This document shows positions 25,248-38,812 of a stretch of 64,000 bases of DNA, piece by piece. The stretch covers positions 38,936,001 to 39,000,000 of the forward strand of contig OX597821.1 of NCBI GenBank assembly GCA_951406725.2, given 5' to 3'. The position numbers and the translations under genes are program-made. Each line of letters begins with the position of its first letter. The first letter of the stretch is position 1. The notes under the pieces were generated by a model, which did no database searches, was not told the origin of the DNA, and worked only from the letters and a program-made list of their open reading frames with translations. This stretch comes from Octopus vulgaris (lineage: Eukaryota).

Positions 25248-25800
25248 CCTCTATGCACAGCCAAACCACTGGATCAATCCATACCAAATTTGGCATGAAG
25301 GTTTTTCCATTACTCGGGAAGGTTCCTGGAGGGTCAAATTTTGGCCCTTGCCCATATAAGGGGCTATAGCTCCACTCTATAGAACCCTTCTGATTTTTTT
25401 TTCAGCAGTATAATACCAAATTTGGCATGAAGGCTTTTCATTACTCAAGGAAAGTTCTAAGGGGGTCAAATTTTGGCCCTTGCCCATATAGGGGGACTGT
25501 AGCCTTCTCTCCCTATATGATCCTTCTGATTTTTTTTCGGTGGTATTGTTCTTTCTCTTTTGATAACACTAGAATATTGTTTCACTTTTATTCTTTCACT
25601 TTTGACTTCAGATTTTTTTTTTCAGCAGTGTAATATTTTTTCACTTTTATACAAATTTTGGCCCTTGCCCATATAAGGGGCTGCAGCCCCCCCCCCCCCC
25701 TTATACAACTCTTCCAATTCTATTTTTTTATCAGTGGATTCATATGTTTTTGATGACTGACATTCTGTATATGCAAAAAACCATGTTTTTAACATTATAA
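25189..25800 (+). mobile_element. Helitron-like non-autonomous element with an internal 132-bp tandem repeat (3' end not located)
   Basis: TCTATATCTACAAAATTCAC-(TG)n-tttcctctatgcac...ataccaaatttggcatg; 5' end shared with 29366; unit repeats at 25281 and 25413, partial third copy near 25650. Confidence 0.6.
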
Positions 25801-26487
25801 ATTCACCCCTACCCCAAATTTATATTCTTAACTTTTCCCAGGTTTTTTTTCGATTTACGTGAAAAATATGAAGATTAAGAATATGGAATTTTAATTTCAA
25901 ATTTTCTATGAAGAACTCCAAAATTGATAAACACACTTCTTGCTACCCCATCCCATTATCTAAAACTGAAAGTGAACAGCTAAATGTTTGGAAATTTTCT
26001 GTGTTTGTGTGTGCATGCATGCACAACAATTTCTACAGTATATGTGAATGAATAGAGAAAGTAAATAGAAATATGTTTTACGTCGGTTTTGTTTTTTGCT
26101 TAAAATGTAAATGATTCTGATAGAAGTAAGCACAATATTGAATAATTCTCTGTCATATGTCTATGACCCCCACCTCTATTTTTTAAAATAAAAATAAATG
26201 CATTGTAATTGAGATAATGAAACAAGAGGTTTAAAGAAAAAGAGACAGTAAAATTTCAAAATGCAAAAAAGTCTTCATACAGATACACACTTTGATACTG
26301 TAGGATATCTTTCAATTTATATGATAAACTTTATAAATTTTAAAGTTCAATATACCCGTGACATAAGTTAGAGATATCGACATGAGTTATTCAAATAATT
26401 GTTTGTGGAATGGACCTAATAAAATTAGCTAGAGTACACTCGATATTTCATATTTAAATCCAATGTGGCTATTTCTACTTGGATATT

Positions 26488-29180
26488 GGTCCTAGGGCTA
26501 AATGGATGCCCAGAAGATGACCAGCATGGAGAAAAAGGGTCTGGATGCTTAAGGATCCTGCGAATAGACAGAGATTTAGAGACTTATTACTCAAAGCTTT
26601 TGAAGAAATAGAGGGAGATATAGCATCACATGATGTGGAAGACAACTGGAGGTTTCTATGGGACAATCTGTTGAGGGTTACTGACAAGATTTGTGGATGG
26701 TGCAAAGACCCCCTCGACCCAAGGTATCGTGGTTGTGGAACAGTGTAGTTGACAGGGCCATTAGGGAAAAGAAACAGGCATGGAAGGACTGGAAGAACTG
26801 TGTGTGAGAGAGAATCGTGATGTCATAGGAGAGAAACGTGACCCACATGGATAGCGGCTCACTTGCATTTAATGAGGCTGCAAGAAGAGAGAATTGGAGA
26901 CCCCCACTATGAAAGGTTGCTAAATGAAGAGAATGAATGGGAGAAAGAGTCTGCTGAATGTCGATCTAACAGAGGCACCAGCTATCCAAATTGACTGTAC
27001 CTTTGTAGATAAAACAATTAAGGGTATGAAGACAGGGAAAGCCCCTCAGCCCATCAGGAATCACTGGAGAAATGCTTAAAATATCTGGCAGTGTCAGCTA
27101 TAGTCTAGACACACATATAGTCAATCAGGTGATACATGAAGGAGTCATGCCCAATGACTGGTGTAGCAGCATAATAGTCAACTGCTACAAAGGTAAAGGT
27201 GATGCATTAGATACAAATAATTAGAGAGGTATCAAGTTATTGGATCAGGTAATGAAGGTCACAGAGAGGGCCATAGCCCAACTAATTAAGGAGATAGTCG
27301 GTTAAGATGAGATGCAGTTTGGATTCATGCCAGGGGAAAAGCACCACTGATGCTATATTTCTGGTAAGACAGCTGCAGGAGAAATACCTAACTAAAGATA
27401 AACCTTTGTACCTAGCTTTCATTGACATGGAAAAAGCCTTTGACAGTGTTCCCCGATTCTTTATCTGGTGGTCAATGAGGAAACTAGGGCTAGATGAGTG
27501 GTTAGTGAGAGCTGTGCAGGACATGTACAGGGATGCTGTCAGTAAAGTGAGGGTTGGCAATGAGTACACTGAAGAATTCCAGGTAGAGTAGGGTCCACCA
27601 AGGATCAGTCCTCAGCACCCTCTTATTCATCATAGTCCTCCAGGCTATAACAGAGGAGTTCAAGACAGGTTGGTCCTGGGAGCTTTTCAATGCTGATGAT
27701 CTTGCTCTAGTAGCTGAGTCACTATCAGAACTAGAGAAGTTTCAGGTGTGGAAGCAAGGATTAGAATCGAAGGGCCTTAGAATCAACCTAGCTAAAACCA
27801 AAGTCTTAATAAGAAGGCATACAACCACAAATCCCTTCAGGTAGGATGGTGGTGCTCGATCTGTAGAAAAGGCATAGGTAGAATGTCCAAAGAATGTACC
27901 CAGTGTAAGCTATGGACACCTAAGAGGTGCAGCAATATCAAAGGAAGGCTAGCCAGGAAGATAGTTTTTGCATGTGGCAGATGCTCAGGAGCAATAAACA
28001 CTGAAACCGTGCAGAAAACAGCTTCCGTTACATTCCAGGAGGAAATACGACATCTAGTTGATAGCTCCCGTTACCTAGATGAACAAGTCAGTAGCAGGGT
28101 GGGTGCTCTGAAAGTGTAGCTTTTAGAATAAGAATAGCCTGGGCAAAGTTCAGATAACTCCTAACTCTGCTGGTGACAAAGGGCCACTTGTTCAGAGTAA
28201 AAGGTAGACTATGTCGCATGTGTATGAACAGCCATGCTACATGGCAGTGAAACATGGGCTGTGACTGCTGAGGACATACATAAGCTCACAAGGAATAAAG
28301 CCAATATGCTCCGCTGGATGTGTAATGTCAGTGTGCATACTCGACAGAGTGTAAGTACCTTGAGAGAAAAGTTGGACTTAAGAAGCATCAGTTGTGGTGT
28401 GTAAGAGAGACGACTGTGCTGGTATGGTCATGTGTTTTGAATGGTTGAGAACAACTGTGTGAAAAAGTGCCACACCCTAGCAGTAGAGGGAACCTGTGGA
28501 AGAAGTAGACCCAGAAAGACCTGGGATGAGGTTGTGAAGCACGACCTGAACATTGGGCCTCACCGAGGCAATGACAAGTGACCGAGACCTTTGGAGATAT
28601 GCAGTGCTTGAGAAGACCCGGTAAACTAAGTGAGACCATAACCTCGTGGCCTATGCCAGTGTCTCATAACCAGCCCGTTTAACAGTACCCTTCAATCATT
28701 AGGCAATAAACTGCATTTTTGAAGACCTGTGGAGGCAAGTGAAATCACTGTTGTGGGCAATGACACTACCACCTGATTGGCACCCATGCCAATGACATGT
28801 TAAAGGCACCAATTGAGCGTAATCATTTCTAGTGCTGCCTGACTGGCTCCCGTGCTGGTGGCATGTAAAAAGCACCATTTGAGCATGGTCATTGCCAGTG
28901 CCGCTTGACTAGCTCCTATTCCGGCAGCACATAAAAAGCACCATTTGAGTATGGTCAATGACAGTATCGCCTGACTGGCCCTCATGCCGGTGGCACATAA
29001 ATAGAACCCACTACACTCTCAAAGTGGTTGGTGTTAAGAAGGGCGTCCAGCTGTAGAAATTCTGCCAGATCAGATAGGAGCCTGGTGTAGCTTTCTGGCT
29101 CACCAGCCCTCAGTCAAACTGTTCAACCCATGACAGCATGTAAAGCGGACGTTGAACAATGATGATGATACTGATGATGA
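26488..29180 (+). mobile_element. RTE-clade LINE, 5'-truncated, complete 3' UTR and (GAT)n tail; many stops and frameshifts
   Basis: KSTTDAIFLVRQLQEKY, FIDMEKAFD, NADD (decayed YADD), Cys-rich finger, tail gatgatgatactgatgatga; close homologue of 15278-16418. Confidence 0.95.
28770..29010 (+). repeat. ~66-bp tandem repeat (about 3.5 copies) in the RTE 3' UTR
   Basis: aaagcaccatttgagcatggtcattgccagtgccgcNtgactggctcc recurs at ~28803, 28870, 28936 and 29001. Confidence 0.85.
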
Positions 29181-29365
29181 ATTTCCCCCTAGTCATACGG
29201 CCTATTGTTCTGTCAAGGAGTAACACAAATTTATGTTTTCTCCATTTCACTCTTAATCTTTAGTATGCTATGAAAAGTTGAAATAGATTATGAGTGACCT
29301 ACATTAATTTATCCATTGTTAGAGTGGTACACCAATTTTTCTACCTGCTCTGTATAAGCACAGTA

Positions 29366-29771
29366 TCTATAAAATTCACTGTCTGTTTGTATGTGTATGT
29401 GTGTCAGTGTGTGTGTTTTCTCTATGCACGGGCCGGCCCAACCGCTGTATCCATCTGTACCAAATTTGATTTCCTATCAAAATAAATAGATTTATTTCCT
29501 TTAACCCTTTTGTTACTGTATTTATTTTGAGATGTTCTGTGTTTCTTTCAGTTAATTTTAACTATAACAAGGAATTTATTAAAATAACTTAGTTATATTT
29601 AAGCTAGTGTTAGGAACACAAATTGTGACTAAGGTTTGGTGGAAGATTTTAATTCACAACTTATGAAAACAAAACATTTGTACTACAGAGCCAGAGGCGG
29701 TTTCAGCTGGGTTGGTTTCTAAAGGGTTAACATTCTTTAAACTTCAAAGCAACACCGGGTACTTTGGCTAG
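29366..29771 (+). mobile_element. non-autonomous Helitron interrupted by a MITE
   Basis: A|TCTATAAAATTCAC-(TG)-rich 5' end as at 25189; 3' end gcaacaccgggtactttggCTAG|T. Confidence 0.65.
29505..29726. mobile_element. piggyBac-type MITE, family 1
   Basis: TTAA on both sides (29501-29504, 29727-29730); CCCTTT...AAAGGG termini; homologous to 290-509. Confidence 0.88.
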
Positions 29772-29789
29772 TATATTTATATGTGTGTG

Positions 29790-30040
29790 CATATAAGTGT
29801 GTATTTTTGTCTCATTGTATTGACATTATGTGATATCTGTAAATGAGGTCAATGCCAGACAGACAAGTAGTGTTCTTAATTTCCAATCTTCCATGGCAAC
29901 ATATCCAGACATGAGGTAAAATCACCTTAATTGGCAACAGGTGAAGTTTAGTGACAGGAATGTTACCCAGTTGTAAAAAATTTTCTTCATGAAATCCTGT
30001 TGGATCCATGCAAACTTGATAAAATGAATGTATTGATGAT
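29790..30040 (+). mobile_element. SINE tail type 2 (RTE-like 3' end)
   Basis: ttgacattatgtgata...gtaaatgag...ggatccatgcaaacttgataaaatg...tgatgat; parallels 40930-41150 and 50630-50875. Confidence 0.55.
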
Positions 30041-31289
30041 ATAATTAATAAGCAGCCGAAGTTGAGCATTCATAACACAAAAAACTTGGCATAGTATCTG
30101 TATTTATGAAAGACTTTAAAATTTTACGAATGTTCTAAACTACATTATCTGAATGACAATTTAAGTAGGAGCCACCAAGATTTAAGTAGAGAGCCATGAA
30201 GATTTAAATAATTTCAAACTTCTTATAGTCTTTGAAGTACATAGATACAATGGTAATACTTCTGTCTTCTGAATACCCTCAACCTTTAGATCTTGTTATT
30301 CAGGTTATGATGTAGTTCTTAGAATTAGGAATTCTTGGACATTTAATGGTGAGATTTGATCAGTGAAATATAAACTTTGAAGTAACTGAAACTGTGTCAG
30401 CTTGAGAAAGACAGAAACACCACTTATTGAGTTTTCCATCATCTGTCAATCCAAGGTGTGGTGTAAAATAGATAATTTCAGAGGATATATTGAAAGTAAT
30501 GATCATGAATTTTGGTCTCCTCAAATATAATGCAATGATGCCAGAGAAGGAGTTACTGTTTTATTTTCCATTATTGGTGCTCTGCTACATTTGTGGTCGA
30601 GACACTCGACTATTAAAGACTCAGTCCAGTTGACTATAAGAAGGTTCACATTGCCACATAGTAAAACTAATGATTATTTTGGTACCTTTGTGGAGTTTAG
30701 TACCATTGGGAAGTTACTTATAATGGACTGTAATTTTATCCATTAGGGCATTTATATTGTGACTAGTTAATGCCTAGGAATCAGAATTTAGGGCTACCCC
30801 AGTGTACCCAGGGAGGGCTGAAATAATTAATTTATCTAAAGCCTTATAATTCTGATTGTTTCCCTGGTGGAACTACAACTTTGCAGTTCAACTACTCCAA
30901 GAATAAAATGCTTTGCTCGCATCATTTAGAAACCAACATTGAGTGTTTTTTAAAGAACACAAACAAAACTATTGGAGATAAAAAAGACTTTGAAAATAAG
31001 TTGAAATTATTTAAAATTAGTTGAAAAAGAATCTTTTGACATTTTTCAAATTCTCTTCAGCTGATGTAGTGATCTTTACAGATTAAATCAGAGGGTGGTT
31101 TTAAATATTGACTTTTGCATTACATATAACTATAACCTGTGCTGTGCAGAAAATGGTATCATGTCACACTGTTTCACTTAGTCTACTTGCAGAGAACTGC
31201 AGACTGATTCTTTACAATAACCTCTGAAGGTTATTATGATTTTGACATTCTTCTCATCTGTTAATGTATTTGATATGTTTTTATTTCAT

Positions 31290-31550
31290 TTTCCAGCCAT
31301 ATGGTTTTGTGTTCGGTTCCACTGTGTGGCACTTTGAGTCAATGACTTCCATGAAAACCTTGGGCTGATCAAAACTTTGAGAGTGGATTTGGTCGATGGA
31401 AACAGAAAAAAGCCTATTGTATGTATGTGCGTGGATGTGTAGATGTTTGTGCTTTTTAGTTTTAACATCACGTGATAGTTGTCAATGACAGTTGCTGTCT
31501 GACTCATCCAGGCATGGAAAAGAGAATGCTGAAACAATGATGATGATATA
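31290..31550 (+). mobile_element. SINE family A head joined to an RTE-like tail
   Basis: gttcggttccactgtgtggcac...gagtggatttggtcgatggaaacagaaa, TG repeat, then gcatggaaaagagaatgctgaaacaatgatgatgat. Confidence 0.7.
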
Positions 31551-34010
31551 AGTATTTCGATATTTTGTTTACACATGAACTGTTCATTAGCTGTTAGCTG
31601 TTATGATATTTATGTTGGCTGGAGTCTTTGTTGTATTGCTCCAGCTTGGCTCCAATGATGCAGATTCTTGCCACATAATCAAATGAATAGGTGTTATCCA
31701 GAGGACAAACCTTCAGGCATTATTCCTTCTGATGGTAGATTTGGCATATTTTCCCTTTCAACATCCATACTATTTCTATATTGCTACAGACTGGACATAT
31801 TATTCCATCAGCATGGACTGGATTTCTGTGTGCCTATAAAATAACAATATATATTCCCTTTAATATCTACCAACACCATCCAACCTATGCCAGTAGTCCA
31901 ACCCATGCCAGTATGGAAAAACGGTCATTAAATGATGACGATGATAATGATATGATAATGATCTACTCTATTTCCATATGAATTTAGAAGACTTTACAAG
32001 AAAACATAGCAGATAAAGTCAACTCTGCCAGAACACAACCTGTAAAGTTCCATGGTATTCATCATTGGTGTTGTCCATTGCAGCACAATGTCTGTAGAAT
32101 AGAGGAACAAAGATGTTGACTTCATATTTATCAATATTTAAAGCTGTTGGTTTCCTATGATTTTGATGGTCCTCACGTTTTGCTATCTGAGAATCTCTCT
32201 GATGCTTTCCTGATATTGATATTACATTATTTTGTTGTAGAAGTACTGTATATCATTGCAGAATAATTATTTGTCTTTATCCTTGGATTATTATCTTCTT
32301 GAAGATTAGCAATGTATTCTGACAGGATTATGGCTGGATTTTACAGTGTGGATGTGTGGTTAAGAAGTTTGCTTTGTAAATTTCATGGTTCTGAGTTCAG
32401 TCTCACAACACTGTGCTTTGGAGCAGTGTTTTCTGCAATAATCATGAGTTAATCAATGCCTAATGAATGGAATTTCAGTGATTATTTGAGCGACTATTCT
32501 GGTTTGTAGACAGCAAGCTTAATGTTGTCCCATGTTACAGCACCCTTGGACCCATGCAAGCTTTTTTTAGCAGTATCTACTCTGTTGCAAGCATTTGTGT
32601 CAGGTATTCATTCCAAGAATAATTTCTTCCCTTCCATCCGTTTTAGACATCCTGAAGAGAGTTATATATGATGCGCTTTGCTCATTGACTCAACAACTAA
32701 AAACATGTAATGTTTAGTGTAGAATTTAAGAACCTAGAACCTGGGTCAACTGTTGAATATTCTCTGGAAAGTAAATCAGATTATTGATCAAGTAGATAGT
32801 TTTCCTCTGCCTAACCATAACGCAAAGGTAGCTATTCACTCTCTCTCCATGCAAGGTAACTTCAAGAAAGGCCTTTTAAATATAAAAAAGAAACTTTACA
32901 TTTAAGAAGACACATCATTTTTATTTTTATTTGTGTACTTCTTTACACTTATCTTGCTCCTCTCCACCACCTCCCTATACTTTCTTCACTTTTTTGCCTT
33001 TTCTTCCCTCTCCCCTCCACCTCTTTTCTCTCTATTCCCTTTATATTTGTTCATGTCCTCATGCTTCTCTTCTCAAATATGACTTCCAGAAATAACTGGC
33101 ACACCAAAGCAGAAAGTTCAAACTCACTAATTTTACTTATAAAATTAAGATGAAGAATGTTGTTTGGAAGATGCTTTGGGATAAAAGCAAGAACTGCATT
33201 AAATTATTTCATTTACCATTATATTGACATTGTGGAATGTCATTTGTATTATTTCAACGTGAAGAGTATAAAAGTGTACGACAAAGAGCAAAGAGACAAA
33301 AAAGAAAATGAAACAAATAGCAAATGTAAAAAAAAAGGAAAAAAACTGGTTAACTTGGTAAAAGTACAAAGATTGCACCCTTCAATTCAGTTATAGAATT
33401 AAAACAAAGGAAATTTGTTTGCAATATAAACATGAATTCTATGTAATAATTTCATTTAGCATTATGTATGTTGACATAGCAGAATGTCAATTAGTTGTCA
33501 ATGATAAAAATAGTTAAACATCAAACAAAAAAAAAAAAAAAAAGGCTAAACATCAAAAAGGTTGATTCAATAAAAAGCAACTTACTTTTACTTCCAAAAT
33601 TATTAGCTTCTTCCATTTTTGCCTCATTTTTATTTCCATTCACTCTATTTTGGAGAACATAAATGCAAATGAATTATACATGCTTATTCACACACACACA
33701 TACACACATTTATGTATATACTTACACATTGTGTGTAAGCATATACATATAAATGTATATACTTACACACAAGCACACACTTGTATCTCATGAGTAGCAA
33801 TGGGTATCATTGATGGACAAATGTCACATTCTATCGAGATCAAGTTAAAGCTATTGTCCATCTGTAGCATGTCATCTGCTTTCCTTTAATTTAATGGATA
33901 TATTGCTCTGAATAGGGCACTGAGAGTAGTTCGGTAAAAAGACTTGATGAATACACATTGTATTACACAACAGAATCACTACTATTGTGTGTGTTTGTGC
34001 AAGTTAGAAG

Positions 34011-34099
34011 TCTCCCGCTCTCTCTCTCCCTTGCTCTCTCTCTCCCTTGCTCTCTCTCTCCCTTGCTCTCTCTCTCCCTTGATCTCTCTCTCCCTTGCT

Positions 34100-34130
<31 letters not shown>
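34011..34130. repeat. compound (CT)n repeat with recurring cccttg spacer
   Basis: ctctctctcccttgct units. Confidence 0.9.
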
Positions 34131-34899
34131 TTTACGGCCTATAATTGAAGTTACCGTGACAATATATCACTATCTTAGCTGATTTGTATTGATAGAATTG
34201 GTTTTGAAATCAAATTGATATGTTTCTTGGAAAAACAACAAAAAGAAATTCAATTTTAATTTTGAAAATAAACTGGAATGAGAACGTTAGTGTTTCAAAT
34301 TTAACTTATTAAACCAAAGGAAAACGTCAGGAAAATAACAGAAATATCTTTGTCTGCTCAATCATATTTAAGCTTGTATAAATCTGTACACTCGTTGATC
34401 TTTTACATATATACGATGATAACAACCTGTACATTGAAAGATATACTGCAGTCTGGGATGAAAATAACATCGTAGCTTTGATATCCTCTTTCACCTCATC
34501 ACCACTGGCACCACCACCATCACCATTATCATCATAATCACTATCACTACGCCACCATCCCATATCCTGATCATGATGATGATCACCACCACCACTACCA
34601 CCACCACTACTGCCATCACCTCCACCATCACCATCACCAACTCTCATCGCCATCACATCATCATTATCATCATCGTCACCATCATCATTATGTGTTTTAT
34701 ATCCACCTGAATGGGTCTGATGATTTTTATTTAGGCCAGGGTTCTGTCATTGGTTGTCTTTGTTTTTTTTTTTCTCCTGTTGTCAATGCTTTTAGTTATC
34801 TTCTAATGTCAAGCAAGAATTTGTTTTAACTGTTCCAAACCTAAACATGTTAGCTTCAATATGTTGCTCTCTGAGCCTATTGCTATTGATACCTGGCAG

Positions 34900-35280
34900 T
34901 GATTGATAAAAATACCTTATAGTATTTACCTGCATTGATTTATGCTCTGAGTTCAAATCCCACTGGAGTAAACTTTCTCCTTCTGTCAATGATAAAATAA
35001 GTACCTGTTATACATTGGGGGTTTGAAATAATCAACTAAATCCTCCCTGTAGTATTTTGTGCCTTTTATGGTGGTCAGCTGGCTGAATCATTACCATGCC
35101 GGCCAAAATGCTGCAAAGCATTTCATCTGTCTTTACATTCTGAGTTCAAATTCTGCTGGGGTTGGCTTTACCTTTCACCCTTTTGAAGTTGATAAGACAG
35201 GTACCAGTTGAGCACTAGGGTTAATGTAATCCGCTAGCTGCACCCTTTGAAATTGCTGGCCTTGTGCCAAAATTTGAAGC
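34900..35280 (+). mobile_element. two tandem decayed SINE family B copies
   Basis: ctgagttcaaatcc/ttc twice (~34947, ~35140), each followed by gataa..gtacc..g and a tgtgcc tail. Confidence 0.7.
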
Positions 35281-35355
35281 CAGTTTTTCTTGCCCTTTGC
35301 CTAATCTCAGAAATCAATATTTAAATGTCAGAAAATAGTATAGATTTGTCTCACC

Positions 35356-35394
<39 letters not shown>

Positions 35395-35634
35395 TTTCTT
35401 TCTAATCCTCCCACATATATAATGTGTGTGTATAATGATGAGGAAGCCAGTTGTACACTGGACAATCAGCCAAGAGTAGGAGAAGCAGCAGCAGTAGCAG
35501 TGGTACTTATAGTAATAGTAGTAGCAGAAGTAGTAGTAATTGTATGAAAGACAGTCAACTTCAGTGGGAGTTGTACTTAGAATGTAAAAAAATTTCAACT
35601 AATACCATGAGGTACTTTGTTGAATTCACCACTC

Positions 35635-35666
<32 letters not shown>

Positions 35667-36044
35667 ATACTACTAATAATAATGATGATAATACCAATGT
35701 TGATGCCAAATTTTGTGGTAATTTAATAGTAATAATGAGAAATCAACAACTATCACCACAAAAATTTTACATAAAAACAAAACAAGACAAAACCACAACA
35801 AAAATTTCTTGAAATGAAAGCAGAAAATACATATAAAAAAAAAAAAATAAAGAATTGATAGAAATCTAAAAGAAGAAAATGTCTGTCGGAAATTTGTAAG
35901 ATTGCTGTGCATTGATAGGTTGTTGGTGAAGCAATAACTGATGAGGAAGTGTGGCTGTTGATAAAAAGATTTCTTCAAACAACACTTGTAAATAACATTG
36001 TTATTCAACAACATTTCCAAGTGATAAGAATCGCGATCACCTTT

Positions 36045-36047
36045 GTT

Positions 36048-36123
<76 letters not shown>

Positions 36124-36200
36124 GCTGTGTGTGTGTGAGAGACAGAGAGAGACAGAGAGAGACAGAGAGAGAAAGAGAGGCTGTGTGTGTGTATGTAAAA
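36045..36200. repeat. (TG)n/(GA)n compound microsatellite
   Basis: Directly visible. Confidence 0.95.
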
Positions 36201-37489
36201 CCATGTGTGTAAATGCTTGGAAATATGTGTATGTGTGATTGTGTTTGGAGAGATTAAATGAGGGTGTTTAACTTCAATTCTTCTTTTTTTTGTTCCATGC
36301 TGTTTTCTTGTATATATTTTTCTTTTACTTGTATGCATCATAGACAAAAATCAAAGAAACATAAGAAAATGCCATACTAATCTTGTCAAAATATCAGTGT
36401 TAGAGTGTGAGATGTAGCTACAGTTTTAAAAATTTCCTTTTACTTCACTCAAGTATTATTTGCATTTCAGTTACCATCTTCCTGTCAAATGTGATACCAT
36501 ATACATTCACAGATAACATGGATATTAAATGGATTCTAAGTTAACTCTTCATTCTAAAGAACTGCAATCTAAGCAACTAGTCACTATTTATTTCTGCACT
36601 GTCCAACATCTACAGCCGCAAGAAATGTAGTTTTTGGTAACCATAATGAAGGTACAACAGAGAGAGTGGAACAGCTACTCCAAAATAAATTGGTTTGGAA
36701 TATCTCAAAGTAACCTTTCTACTTGCAGTACCATATCAAATACACCTTGTCTGTTAGCAGTTGGCAACAACAAAGTGTCCAGTTGTGAAATAGCCAGTTA
36801 AAATTAATATACAGAAGATCAAATCAAATTATTTTCCCAATGATAATATATGGAAGTTTATGGCCTTGTCCAAACCATCTTAACATGAAGATGCAGATGT
36901 TAAAATTAGGATTATGTTGAATGTTGATAATGATGGTTTTAACAGAGTGACAAAATCAATGGAGAAAATACTGGCAGAAAGAAACAATAATGTGTTTAGT
37001 TAAAATATGCAAATATATGCTTGATCAATCATATCTCAAATATCAATTAATTGGCTAATTATTTTATATAGAGATCGTAAAATGTAAATGTATATAGTTG
37101 TCAGTTAAATAGGAAAAATTATAATCCCCACAATCTGTTTATGTAATTAAAGAACAGCAATGGCACTAACTGGGGGAAACAGTCAACTTCTCATAAAAAC
37201 AGCATCAGTAAAATAGATTCCAAATGTCACAGTTGTAAGCAAGAATGAATCAACAGTAGCCGAGTTAAAATAACCAGGTTTGGCATGAACATATGTTTAT
37301 GAAATGAAGTCAAGTTAATTATTTGAAAGTTTTAGTGGTAGGATTGGCAACAAGCTATGGGGTCAAGTTCCAGCACAGTGTGTCCTCTGTCTGTAGCCAT
37401 ATTCAGTTGAAGATATACGTTTGTTTGTTAAACTCCAGTTCAGTCATAAAAAAAACACCATAGAACAGATGGTTAGCAAAACTGTGGCA

Positions 37490-37726
37490 TACCTATTTCT
37501 TTACTACCTACAAGGGGCTAAACATAGAGGGGACAAACAAGGACAGACAAACGGATTAAGTCGATTATATCGACCCCAGTGCGTAACTGGTATTTATTTA
37601 ATCGACCCCAAAAGGATGAAAGGCAAAGTCGACCTCAGCAGAATTTGAACTCAGAATGTAGCGGTAGACGAAATAATGATAAGCATTTCGCCCAGCATGC
37701 TAACGTTTCTGCCAGCTCGCCGCCTT
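37490..37726 (-). mobile_element. SINE family B, young full-length copy (tRNA head, Nin/Deu-like domain)
   Basis: Reverse complement reads ggcggcgagctggcagaaacgttagc...ctgagttcaaattc...gtcgactttgcctttcatcctt..ggggtcgat; CpGs retained. Confidence 0.9.
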
Positions 37727-38599
37727 CAGTTCATAGTTCATTTACTTACATTGGTATGAACCTTTGAAAAAAAAAAGTGTTGAAATATCACAACTCCATC
37801 CAAAATTTGGTTAATTACTCGTTTGCAATCAGGTAGTTGTGATTACAAAACAATGCTGGTGGAGTTAATTAACTTTATCATCAATATTACTGAGATTAGG
37901 TACAACTAAAAAGCAACAGTATCAAAATAACAACTACCATATTGTCGCCTTAGTGAGTACTTCTTATTGTAGAAGCAGTCAATGCGTTTACTGTATCAAA
38001 GATTAATAACAAGTGTTGTTATCAACAAGCTATACTGCTGTTTGGACATGTGATTAATTTATAAAACAAGAAACCACTTGAAGACATATTTCACTTCTCT
38101 ATATTAGTACAAAGAGAAGAAAATCCTCTTGGTGGATGTAGGGCAAATGATATTTGAAAGTAAATCACAACAAAATAATTACTTTTGTGCTTGGTTGAAA
38201 TTGCCTAATAGCATTTGATACAACCCAAGCAGTCATCATCTCCTACTGGGAAGGAAATACTTTCTGTTCTCTGATTGAGAAACTACTAAAATGATTTTTT
38301 TCTTTCTTTTTTTTTTTATATTTTGTTTTTATTGATTAACTGGAAGTCTAGAATAGAAGACAGGTAAAATTAAATAGTTTGGAGATTATTTTGAAGAAGT
38401 TTATATTGAAAAAAATAAAAACAAAAAAGAATTAACAACAATAAAATGGACAAGATTCCTCATATGATACCTTGTTTAGAGTGTTTGCATGTATGCATAC
38501 ATATCCTCTTCCACATATTCTGAACATCATACACACACACACACAGAGTCGCTAATATAAACACAAACCTGTATTACTATACAGCAGCTGTATCACTAT

Positions 38600-38812
38600 A
38601 AAGGTGGTGAGCTGGCAGAACTGTTAACACACCGGGCAAAATATTTATTGATATTTTGTCTGCCTTTACGTACTGAGTTCAAATTCTTCAGAGATCAACT
38701 TTGCCTTTGATCTTTTCAAGGACAATAAAATAAGTACCAGTTGTGTACTGGGGTCGATGTAATTGACTTACCCACTGCCCCAAAATAGCTGGCCTTGTGC
38801 CAAAATTTGAAA
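38600..38812 (+). mobile_element. SINE family B
   Basis: ggtggtgagctggcagaa...ctgagttcaaattc...aagtaccagttgtgtactggggtcgatgtaattgact. Confidence 0.85.

Noticed and set aside
28770-29010. Regularly spaced repeats superficially like a CRISPR array
   Set aside because: Whole ~66-bp units are homologous with no unique spacers; eukaryotic LINE 3' UTR context; no cas genes
30150-30860. Possible ancient CR1 RT remnant on the minus strand (KVEGIQK)
   Set aside because: Only one short motif-like match amid stops; not enough to call
34327-36347. Gly/Asp-, Ser- and Arg-Glu-rich ORFs
   Set aside because: Products of (CAC/CAT), (TAG/CAG) and (GA)/(TG) repeats
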